Shown piece by piece: positions 10,333 to 18,052 of a stretch of DNA of 64,000 bases (positions are counted from its first letter, which is position 1; every line of letters starts with the position of its first letter). The stretch lies in NCBI GenBank assembly GCA_036008465.1, contig DASYNP010000081.1, positions 2,178 to 66,177 on the forward strand. The letters are read 5' to 3'. A program made the position numbers and the translations under genes. The stretch comes from Planctomycetaceae bacterium (GTDB lineage Bacteria > Planctomycetota > Planctomycetia > Planctomycetales > Planctomycetaceae). Below the pieces are notes generated by a model. It searched no databases, was not told where the DNA came from, and was given only the letters and a program-made list of their open reading frames with translations.

Positions 10333-10890
10333 TCAGCCCTGTTCGCGCTGGGCCTTCACCTTCTCCCAATGACGACGGATGATGTCGGCCGCCTCGTCCG
10401 CCACAGAGCGAAATTGACGAGGCGACGATTCGCGAGGCAGAGACGCCGGGGGAATCGGGGTGTTATCAAGTCCCGCCGGTTTGGGAATGATCGTGGTGTC
10501 GCCGGGAGCCGATTCTCCGCTGTCGCTGCTGCCGCCGATTCCCTCCTTGGAAAGCCATTCGGCGATGTCATTGTCAGAGGCCCGCACATTGGCCTCGGGC
10601 GCACCCGGGACCTGCAGCATGATCGGACCCACGCGCAGGATATCGCCGGGCTTCAGCAGGGTCTCGTCCTCCATGAGCGTCTCATTGAGAAACGTGCCGT
10701 TGCGGCTGTCGAGATCGCGGGCGACGATTCCATCGGGCGTCGGCTTAAGGACGCAGTGATGTCGGCTCACCTCGCTGGAGGCGAGGCGAATCTGGCAACT
10801 CTCGTCGCGGCCGATCAGCACGTCCCCTTCGTCGGGAAGGCGCAGCCGTTTGCCCTGATGTTTTCCCGATTGAACGATCAATTCGATCAT
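10333..10890 (-). CDS. FHA domain-containing protein
   Basis: LIGRDESCQIRLASSEVSRHHCVL...SRNGTFLN is the FHA core. ATG 10890 has GAGG about 10 nt upstream; the ORF frame extends to TTG 10923. Confidence 0.85.
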   Translation of the reverse strand: MIELIVQSGKHQGKRLRLPDEGDVLIGRDESCQIRLASSEVSRHHCVLKPTPDGIVARDLDSRNGTFLNETLMEDETLLKPGDILRVGPIMLQVPGAPEANVRASDNDIAEWLSKEGIGGSSDSGESAPGDTTIIPKPAGLDNTPIPPASLPRESSPRQFRSVADEAADIIRRHWEKVKAQREQG

Positions 10891-10992
10891 CGCTCGGTAC
10901 CCCTCCTCGTCTGGCACCTGCAATCTGCTGGCCCCAATGGTTCTCGTACAAGCGCAGGCGACGCGACCGCGCCCCCCGCACCAACTGCCGCG

Positions 10993-11553
10993 TCAAACGC
11001 GATATGGCACAGTCACTGGCTCTCCGCACTCGGGACAGCTTAAGGTTTTCCCACGGTGCATCGGACTGACTTTGAACCGCTTTCCGCACCGGCACGAAAA
11101 CCGGATCCGCTTCTCGTCCTTTCCCTGATCGCTATGCGTTTTCTCCCAGTTCCTCAGCGCAATTTGCTGGATCTGGCGGAGCAGCTCGTCCGGGTCGAAC
11201 GGTTTGGTCAGGTAGCCATCGCTACCAACGCGCTCGGCCAAGGCTCGCGCCTCGGGCATGTCGACGGCCGTCAGCACCAAAACCGGAATCGTCGAATTCG
11301 CCTGCTTGAGTCTTTGACAAACCTCGAAGCCGCTCTCCCCGGGCAGAATCAGGTCCAAGATCACAAAGTCGGGCTTGCGCATGACGAATGTGGCTTGGGC
11401 CTGGCCGCCATCGCGCGCGACCGTGACGCGGTATTTATGCTTCTCCAACAGCTCCTTGAGGAATGCCGCCTCGTCTTCGTCATCCTCCACGACGAGGATG
11501 AAATTGGCGATGGTCGCCAACGGAGTCAGCCGGCCGGCTTCGTCAAGTATCAT
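10993..11553 (-). CDS. Response regulator receiver domain fused to a C-terminal CxC...CPxC zinc-ribbon
   Basis: ILVVEDDEDE...DFVILDLILPGESG...LTKPF (REC), then RFSCRCGKRFKV...LSCPECGEPV. ATG at 11553. The 392-aa tracked ORF is an upstream extension of poor composition. Confidence 0.85.
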   Translation of the reverse strand: MILDEAGRLTPLATIANFILVVEDDEDEAAFLKELLEKHKYRVTVARDGGQAQATFVMRKPDFVILDLILPGESGFEVCQRLKQANSTIPVLVLTAVDMPEARALAERVGSDGYLTKPFDPDELLRQIQQIALRNWEKTHSDQGKDEKRIRFSCRCGKRFKVSPMHRGKTLSCPECGEPVTVPYRV

Positions 11554-11875
11554 GCCGTCGACCCGTAGAAACGCCCCCGAGAGCCACTCCTCTGAAGCAG
11601 TCCGCCCCCTTATGGATAACCAAAACTCCCTGACGACGCAAATAGTTACAAAATCCGCACGCCGGCGGATCGCGCCCGAGGGCATGGCCCTCTTGAGCGC
11701 AGGCAACAGCGCCTCTTTGGAGGCACATCGGGATCGTAAGCGACGGCGTTTCTCAATGCGAAATGCATGCTCGACTCGCGCGCACCGAGTGCAATCCGTC
11801 CGCCTGCCGAGCGTGGAAATGGGGCGCTGACGCGAAAAAACCTGAAAAAATAGGGGGAAACCGAGCGCGCGTTGG

Positions 11876-11904
11876 TTGACAACCGTTTTCCGCGAGAGTT
11901 TACT
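11876..11904 (+). promoter_or_regulatory. Candidate sigma70-type promoter for the HU gene (TTGACA - 17 nt - TTTACT)
   Basis: Pattern match by eye, about 70 nt upstream of ATG 11977. The planctomycete promoter consensus is assumed to be sigma70-like. Confidence 0.35.
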
Positions 11905-11976
11905 ACGCGAAAACTTTTCTGGAGCGCTCGCAAGGGTTCGGCGTTCCCCGACTTTCAAAAATGGCAGGAGTGCACG

Positions 11977-12300
11977 ATGGCAACGAAGAGCGGTGCAAAG
12001 CCGATGTCCAAGAGCGAGGTCCTCAATACGCTGGCCCAAGAGAGTGGGCTGTCGCGAAAGCAGGTTGCCAGCGTGCTTGACGGCCTCTCGGGGCTGATCA
12101 GCCGAAATGTCGGCAAGAAGGGCCCGGGAGTGTTCGCCGTCCCCGGCCTGATGAAGATCACCGTGCAACACAAGCCTGCCACCAAGCCGCGCAAAGGCAT
12201 CAATCCCTTCACAGGCCAGGAAATGATGTTCAAGGCGAAGCCCGCGCGGAACGTCGTCCGCATCCGCCCGCTCAAGTCGCTGAAAGACATGGTCAAGTAG
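11977..12300 (+). CDS. HU family nucleoid-associated DNA-binding protein
   Basis: 107 aa. MSKSEVLNTLAQESGLSRKQV...GINPFTGQEMMFKAKPARNVVRIRPLK is typical of the HU/IHF fold. Confidence 0.9.
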   Translation: MATKSGAKPMSKSEVLNTLAQESGLSRKQVASVLDGLSGLISRNVGKKGPGVFAVPGLMKITVQHKPATKPRKGINPFTGQEMMFKAKPARNVVRIRPLKSLKDMVK

Positions 12301-12601
12301 TGGCCGAAGGGCCCTCCAGGCCGAAACGCTGAGCGCACGGCGCTCTCAAACGAACGCTCCGATCGCCACGTGCGACCACGAACGCTTCTGTGGTCTTCGT
12401 AAAGTGATCCCAGCGCACAACGCCATCGCCGCCAAACCATCCTTGGTGCGCGCCCGTTGTTCCCGGGTAAAAGACCGTTCGGTCGTCTGAGGTGTGAGTG
12501 GTTTGGTCAGACTGAAACCAGGTGACGTCGCAACTTCTTGCCGCGACTTGGCTCATCGCCTTCACTCGGCGCTGCCTTGAGATCGCTGGAGCATAAGTGC
12601 A

Positions 12602-12629
12602 TTCATAAAAAGGGGTTATGCGGTAGAAT
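12602..12629 (+). promoter_or_regulatory. Candidate promoter TTCATA - 16 nt - TAGAAT, about 260 nt upstream of csrA
   Basis: Pattern match by eye in an AT-richer patch. Confidence 0.25.
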
Positions 12630-12710
12630 CAGCTCTCTAAACTGTCTCACTCGCGTGGCAATCAATGACGAAAGTCATTGTCGCGTAAGCTCCTTACCGC
12701 TGTCGTTTGC

Positions 12711-12740
12711 TTGATTTCGAGGCAATGCGCGGCATAGAAT
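12711..12740 (+). promoter_or_regulatory. Candidate promoter TTGATT - 18 nt - TAGAAT, about 150 nt upstream of csrA
   Basis: Pattern match by eye. Confidence 0.25.
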
Positions 12741-12887
12741 CCTCATACCGCGAGTGAGCGCCCGAGTGCGTTTGGCCCTGATGCTCGCTGAAGACGCTCG
12801 CAGCGGCAGGATTGGCGGTGCGCAGTCTTAGTGCGAGGACGGGTCCTCGCGACAGACACCGGCAACACCTGAGGAGAGCTGCGTGCC

Positions 12888-13100
12888 ATGCTGGTTCTGT
12901 CGCGCAAGAAAAACGAAAGCATCGTGATCGACGAGCATATCGTGATCACGATTGTCGAGATCCGGGGCGACAAAGTTCGCCTGGGGATTGAAGCACCGAA
13001 GGAAATCCCGATTCACCGCAGTGAAGTGCATGCCGCCATCCACGCGGAACACAACTCGGGTGAACAGGATCCGCCCAAAGTCGCGAGCACCGAAGGCTGA
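12888..13100 (+). CDS. csrA: Carbon storage regulator CsrA
   Basis: MLVLSRKKNESIVIDEHIVITIVEIRGDKVRLGIEAPKEIPIHRSEV is the canonical CsrA sequence pattern. GAGGAG Shine-Dalgarno upstream. Confidence 0.9.
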   Translation: MLVLSRKKNESIVIDEHIVITIVEIRGDKVRLGIEAPKEIPIHRSEVHAAIHAEHNSGEQDPPKVASTEG

Positions 13101-13136
13101 CAACGCAGCGTTCTCATCAATCCTCGATCGATTAGC

Positions 13137-13162
13137 GGGCTAAGCAATGCGATGCTTAGCCC
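13137..13162 (+). terminator. Hairpin GGGCTAAGC - 8 nt - GCTTAGCCC, 37 nt after the csrA stop; weak T tract
   Basis: Inverted repeat read directly. No strong U-run, so low confidence. Confidence 0.35.
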
Positions 13163-13350
13163 GTTGCAATTTGTGGGGGCCGCGCTTGCAAACTGCCCGC
13201 CCGTCCCTTCACGGTCCCAACCAATCGCGGTTGTTCGTGGATAGCGTTCGTCCACTGTCGCTATTCGCGTTGCAGTTTCGAGAGCGTAGACCGCGTCTGT
13301 TCCCGCGAGTTGACAAACAGGCCCCAGTCCTTAAATTGTGGGGCGACTGC

Positions 13351-13425
13351 CGGCCCCATCGTCTAGCCAGGTCTAGGACATCGGATTTTCGATCCGATAA
13401 CGGGGGTTCAAATCCCCCTGGGGTC
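13351..13425 (+). tRNA. tRNA-Glu (anticodon UUC), no encoded CCA
   Basis: Cloverleaf by hand: acceptor GGCCCCA/TGGGGTC, anticodon arm TCGGA-TTTTCGA-TCCGA, T arm GGGGG-TTCAAAT-CCCCC. Layout parallels E. coli tRNA-Glu. Confidence 0.9.
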
Positions 13426-13501
13426 ATTCGAGCGTGATCGGATCGACTGTGCCAGCGCGCTGCCTCTCTGCAGCGAGCGCGTTCAAGGAGGATCGAGCGG
13501 C

Positions 13502-13771
13502 ATGGACACGTCAGAACACTGGCGAACGCTGTTCGAGAATTGGCCCGAATCGATTCCTCGCGAAGGAATGCTGGTCACCAGCTTCAACGAGCACATTCCG
13601 TTCAGCGGCTTCCTGATCTCGGGCGGCGTGCTGCTCGTCGAGCGCGACAAGCCCGACACGTATGGCGCCCGAAAAGTGATGCTGGCCTATTCCACCATCC
13701 TGGCCGTGAAGATGACCACGACGATGGAGATCGGCCGGTTCCAGGTCATGGGCTTCCAAGCCCCGTTCTAA
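13502..13771 (+). CDS. Small hypothetical protein (89 aa)
   Basis: AAGGAGG Shine-Dalgarno about 8 nt upstream of the ATG. High third-position GC like neighbouring genes. No family recognised. Confidence 0.6.
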   Translation: MDTSEHWRTLFENWPESIPREGMLVTSFNEHIPFSGFLISGGVLLVERDKPDTYGARKVMLAYSTILAVKMTTTMEIGRFQVMGFQAPF

Positions 13772-13846
13772 CTCAGCTTCCAAGCCCCGTTCTAACTCAG
13801 CTTCCAGGCCCCGTTCTAATTCAGCTTCCAAGCCCCGTTCTGATCA
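13752..13846 (+). repeat. 24-bp tandem repeat, about 3.9 copies (GCTTCCAAGCCCCGTTCTAACTCA)
   Basis: Copies at 13752, 13776, 13800 and 13824. Copy 1 encodes the C-terminus and stop of the 89-aa ORF. Confidence 0.9.
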
Positions 13847-13893
13847 GGCCACCGAATCGGCCCGATCGGGTGGGCGACTGCAATCGGTTTCCC

Positions 13894-14853
13894 CTAGGTG
13901 ATAAAGATCCAACGGCCGAGAATGGCCGCCGGCACAACCAGTGCCGCGACCCCGAGCGCCAGGACGGGATCACCCGTCTTGAAATAGATCATCGCCGCAT
14001 CCAGTAACACAATCGCCAGCAGCATTCGCTTCACACCCGATTGCACATTTCGCGGCGTCGGCTCTCGGATCGCGGCAACAATCCGCATGTCGATCCAGAT
14101 CGTCACCACCCCCAGCGCCGTTAAGGCAAGCCAGCGATTGATCGCCGCGGAATCCGGCATGGTTACGCCAATCGCTGCCAAACCGGCAATGCCCGCGTGG
14201 CACGTCGCCGCGGCTGCGGCAAGCTGACCCCGCGCACTTCGCTGTGCTTCCTGCCTGGCAAACCACGTCACGCCGGCCACATAGACGCCCATCGCAAGGG
14301 CCACGAAGAGCTGCGGATTCGCCCAGGTTCCACCGGCCGCCGCACTCGCGCCGAGCATCACATTCAGAAAGCGACAGCCACCCATTGCCACCGGGCCTGC
14401 CGGCGTCTGTTTGAGATAGCCGTCGTACGCCAGGATTAGCGCGACGAGCAGGAGCGAGATCTCGACCGCTTCAAGACTGACGAATGCCGTGCAGACCGGT
14501 CCCAGAACTATCAGTCCGATCGCGAGCAGGGCCGCGGCCCGAGGCGAGATCCGGCCGGATGGAATCGGTCGACCGGGTCGCTCCCGCGCATCGACGTCAC
14601 GGTCGAATACATCGTTGAAGACCATGCCGGCCAGGTACAACCCGCACGATGCGCCCAAGAGGGCCGTCAGATCTCGAACCGGTGAGAGACTCTCATGCGT
14701 CAGAGAAAATCCCAAAAAAATGTCCGCCAGAGCCGTGAAGACGGCGGGGAACCGCATGAGCTGCAGATAGGCGCGGAGGCGATTTTTAACGGGCGTATTC
14801 CGTTCCTTGGACGCATTCTTGAACATCGGCGATGTCGGAGCCGAGTCGAGCAC
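13894..14853 (-). CDS. UbiA family prenyltransferase (polytopic membrane protein)
   Basis: NDVFDRDVDARERPGRPIPSGRIS (Asp-rich motif 1 of the UbiA superfamily) and multiple hydrophobic helices. GTG 14853 abuts the upstream stop; alternative ATG at 14826. Confidence 0.85.
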   Translation of the reverse strand: MLDSAPTSPMFKNASKERNTPVKNRLRAYLQLMRFPAVFTALADIFLGFSLTHESLSPVRDLTALLGASCGLYLAGMVFNDVFDRDVDARERPGRPIPSGRISPRAAALLAIGLIVLGPVCTAFVSLEAVEISLLLVALILAYDGYLKQTPAGPVAMGGCRFLNVMLGASAAAGGTWANPQLFVALAMGVYVAGVTWFARQEAQRSARGQLAAAAATCHAGIAGLAAIGVTMPDSAAINRWLALTALGVVTIWIDMRIVAAIREPTPRNVQSGVKRMLLAIVLLDAAMIYFKTGDPVLALGVAALVVPAAILGRWIFIT

Positions 14854-15798
14854 TTAGCCGTTCGAGGAAACTCGGCGAGCCCAATCGTATAAGAGCGCTC
14901 GCTGGGCCGCGACATCGTCAAGGGCATTCCCCCAGGGCCGCTCGAAAAAGCAGCTGAGGAAAGTCATTGCGCCCGAGACCCCGCGGCGGTGTTCTCGCTC
15001 GCACAACCGCAGGACATCGAGGAGAGCGCTGGCAGATCGCAGCCGCTCGTCGTCAGCCGCCTTGTTCAACAAACCAATCGAGACCAGGTCGGTTCGTCCC
15101 TCCCGACCCATGTAAAGCGCATCCTTTTCTCTCGCCAGTCCTTCGAGCGCGGGTAGATTTGGGGACGTCGACTGCGTCCAGTTCAGGTACGAACAACTCG
15201 ACTGGAATGCGGCCACGGCGTAGAGAACGCTCATGGAGACGGGCGAGAACTCGCAACGCTCGAGCGATTCAAGCAGCTCCCTGCACGAAAGGCTGTCACA
15301 ATTCTGCATCGGCGGATCAACGGACGCGACATTGACGACGATCACGTGGTCCGAGCCGGCCGAATTGCGAAACTCTTCCAAGTCAACCGTGATCCGCTGC
15401 AACGCGGCGCTCGGTCTTTCGCTGCGTGTCTTCAGTGTTGCGGTGCTGGCCCGGCTCTCGATTGCGGGGCCAGAATTCAGCAATGTGCCGGTACGCACGT
15501 TCCGGTCCCAGTTGCTCATCGTGGGCGCCAACGCAGCCAAACGTTCGGCCGTGACTGTCTTCGATTTGGTGAACAGATTCCGCGCTTCGACTGTCGAACT
15601 CGTCTTGCGAATCTCGTGTCCGCCAAGCACAAAACGCGACCACTCTGCCAGCTCGAGCCCGGCGAACTCCGGCTGCTCGGTCACGAGCCCGCCGGTCGCG
15701 ATCGTTCGCGACTGCAGACCGGCGAGCACGACTGTAAGTGCGGTTCCGATCCGCCCCCACGCGCCGATCAGCCAGATGCCGATCTTTCGCCCATTCAT
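14854..15798 (-). CDS. myo-inositol-1-phosphate synthase-like (MIPS family) protein, short and divergent
   Basis: KIGIWLIGAWGRIGTA...GGHEIR, VIVVNVAS and LYAVAA...PALEGLA resemble, from memory, the N-terminal and central parts of archaeal/bacterial MIPS. At 314 aa the C-terminal third does not match what I recall. ATG overlaps the upstream stop (ATGA). Confidence 0.45.
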   Translation of the reverse strand: MNGRKIGIWLIGAWGRIGTALTVVLAGLQSRTIATGGLVTEQPEFAGLELAEWSRFVLGGHEIRKTSSTVEARNLFTKSKTVTAERLAALAPTMSNWDRNVRTGTLLNSGPAIESRASTATLKTRSERPSAALQRITVDLEEFRNSAGSDHVIVVNVASVDPPMQNCDSLSCRELLESLERCEFSPVSMSVLYAVAAFQSSCSYLNWTQSTSPNLPALEGLAREKDALYMGREGRTDLVSIGLLNKAADDERLRSASALLDVLRLCEREHRRGVSGAMTFLSCFFERPWGNALDDVAAQRALLYDWARRVSSNG

Positions 15799-17657
15799 GG
15801 CGTCTTCGCGCTCTGGTCTGAGCGGGCTGCGGACGAGAGCCGCTCGGCGGCCCACTGCATGACCGCGTCCTGGAACGTGCCAAATGCGGTATTGGCCGCC
15901 GACTTGAGGGCTGCCAAAGGCTGGCTTGCGTCAGGACGGGCGCGAGCGAAAAAGTAGAACTTAACCTTCGGCTCAGTTCCCGAAGGACGGATCGCGAACG
16001 AGAATTCCAGCGGGCCTTCGGCCGAATCAACAATCAGCAAGTCTCCGCGATCCCCCATTAAAAGACCCGTGATCTCTGCTCCCGGAATACGCCGGACTTC
16101 GTTTTTGTGATAGTCCCGTAGATTCGCCAGTCGAACGCCGGCCAGTTCTGCCGGCGGATGGTCTCGCAGTTCCGCGAGCAATGCGTCGATCCGCGTTCGG
16201 CCCTCCGCGCCCCGAAGCTCGATGGATCGCTGGGACTCTGCAAAATATCCGTGCTTCCCATAAAGCCGGTCCAGTTGGTCGGCGAGAGTGCGACCTTCCG
16301 ATTTCAACTCGGAGGCCAGTTCCATCACGTACAGCGCGGCAATCGCTGCGTCCTTGTCGCGGCAGTAATCCCCTGCGAGGTATCCGAGCGACTCCTCGGC
16401 CCCGAACAGGAAATTCTTCGCGCCCAAGTCGTCGATAGTTCTGCCGATGTATTTGAAACCCACGAGCAGGTTGTCGATCACGCGGACGCCTGCGGCCTCG
16501 CCGACTGCGCGAAACATCGGCGTTGTCACCACCGTCGTACACACGAAATCGTCCGCCGCAAGTCGGCCCGCCCCGCGTCGCTTGCGAAGAACGTAGTCCA
16601 AAAGCAGCACGCCGACCTGATTGCCTGTCAGCGGCAGACAGCGGCCGTCGCCCGTCCGCACGGCGACCCCCAGCCGATCGGCGTCTGGGTCGGTCGCCAA
16701 AACAAGGTCAGCTCCGCTTTCCTCGGCCCGTCGGCACACGGGACCCAGTGCACTGGGCAGCTCGGGATTGGGTAACTGCAGCGGGACATTCGGGAACGCT
16801 CCGTCGGGCGCTCGTTGCGACTCGAGGATTTCGACTTGTTGAAACCCACCCGCAGTCAGCACTCGAAAGACCGAACTTTCCCCGACACCATGCAGAGGCG
16901 TGAAGAGCGCCCGCGCATCCCTCGCCTTCGAGAGATTCAGTTCGACCACCGCGGAGATGTAGGCACGATCGAGCTCGTCACCGACGAGCACGATCGAGCC
17001 TTTGGCCACTGCCGTCGGAAAATCGACGGCGGGAATTTCACTCGCATCGGCGACGCAGTCGACAATGCCGCGGTCGTGCGGCGGCAGAACTTGTCCCCCC
17101 GTCGACCAATACGCTTTGAATCCGTTATCGCTCGGCGGATTGTGCGATGCCGAGATCATCGCGCCGACGTCGCAGTTCAAGTGGCGCACGGCAAACGAGA
17201 GTTCGGGGGTCGCGCGCGGGCAGTCGAATAAGAAAACTTTGAGGCCGCTCGCCGCCAGTGTCGTTGCCGTGAGCTGCGCGAACTCGACCGATCGGTGACG
17301 TGTGTCGTAGGCCACGACCGCTCGGCCACCCGCCGCGCCTTTGACTTTGCGGAGGTAGGCAGCCAGGCCGAAAGCCGACTCGGCAATCGTTCGGGCGTTG
17401 ATCGTCGCAGTTCCGAGCGGGGCCATTCGCCCGCGGCGTCCGCCCGTGCCGAAAGGAATCACTTCCCAAAACAGGTCGTTCAGCTCTGCGAACTTTCCTT
17501 CCCGAACGAGATCGATCAAGGCACTGCGATAGCTCTCGAAAGCCGACCCCGTCAGCCACGTCTTGAGATTCCGCACGGCCGCGGAAGAAATCTGGCGCGA
17601 CTCGGCCGCCCGATCGATCGCTTCGAGACAACTTGTGATGTCGGAAGAGTCGGGCAT
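15795..17657 (-). CDS. Alpha-D-phosphohexomutase family protein (phosphoglucomutase/phosphomannomutase-like)
   Basis: Active-site loop ISASHNPPSDNGFK, metal loop TDPDADRLG, sugar loop GAEESLGY. 620 aa. Confidence 0.85.
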   Translation of the reverse strand: MPDSSDITSCLEAIDRAAESRQISSAAVRNLKTWLTGSAFESYRSALIDLVREGKFAELNDLFWEVIPFGTGGRRGRMAPLGTATINARTIAESAFGLAAYLRKVKGAAGGRAVVAYDTRHRSVEFAQLTATTLAASGLKVFLFDCPRATPELSFAVRHLNCDVGAMISASHNPPSDNGFKAYWSTGGQVLPPHDRGIVDCVADASEIPAVDFPTAVAKGSIVLVGDELDRAYISAVVELNLSKARDARALFTPLHGVGESSVFRVLTAGGFQQVEILESQRAPDGAFPNVPLQLPNPELPSALGPVCRRAEESGADLVLATDPDADRLGVAVRTGDGRCLPLTGNQVGVLLLDYVLRKRRGAGRLAADDFVCTTVVTTPMFRAVGEAAGVRVIDNLLVGFKYIGRTIDDLGAKNFLFGAEESLGYLAGDYCRDKDAAIAALYVMELASELKSEGRTLADQLDRLYGKHGYFAESQRSIELRGAEGRTRIDALLAELRDHPPAELAGVRLANLRDYHKNEVRRIPGAEITGLLMGDRGDLLIVDSAEGPLEFSFAIRPSGTEPKVKFYFFARARPDASQPLAALKSAANTAFGTFQDAVMQWAAERLSSAARSDQSAKTP

Positions 17658-17827
17658 GGAGGTCGAGAGCGCCTAAGCAAATCGCGAGGGCGCCGGGTCG
17701 GCAACCTGGCAAGCGAAGGACGAGAACTGGCAGCGCGCGAGTTTAGCAAATCGATCGGGGGCTGACGATTCGCCGTCCGCCACTTCCGCGAGTTCGCGCC
17801 GCCGTTCGCAGAATCTGCCGCGCGTTC

Positions 17828-17865
17828 AAAAAAAAGACGCGCCGACTAGGGGGTCCGGCGCGTCT
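17828..17865 (-). terminator. Intrinsic-terminator-like element on the minus strand: 10-bp GC stem (AGACGCGCCG/CGGCGCGTCT), 11-nt loop, then 7-8 U
   Basis: Read directly. Lies 170-210 nt upstream of the phosphohexomutase ATG (17657), with no annotated minus-strand gene upstream of it. Confidence 0.6.
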
Positions 17866-18052
17866 CTTTCAGAGGAGTCGTTTCCGTCATCCATTTCTGG
17901 ACGTTCAATAATGCTTACGCCGGCCGAATGGCAGTTGCTGGGACAAAATTGGTCCCGAGCGCCCAAATTTGATTCGGTCGCATTTAACCCCTTCGGCCAA
18001 TACACTTACGATCCTGGATGCCGTCGGATTTTCCCGCACCGGAAAGGCGAAA

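Noticed and set aside
12293-12565. 90-aa minus-strand ORF between HU and csrA
   Set aside because: Its third-position GC is only moderate compared with neighbouring genes. It overlaps the HU stop and has no Shine-Dalgarno sequence or motif. It is kept as non-coding pending expression data.
13752-13846. Tandem repeat considered as a CRISPR array
   Set aside because: The copies are directly adjacent 24-mers with no spacers, and there are no cas genes in the window.
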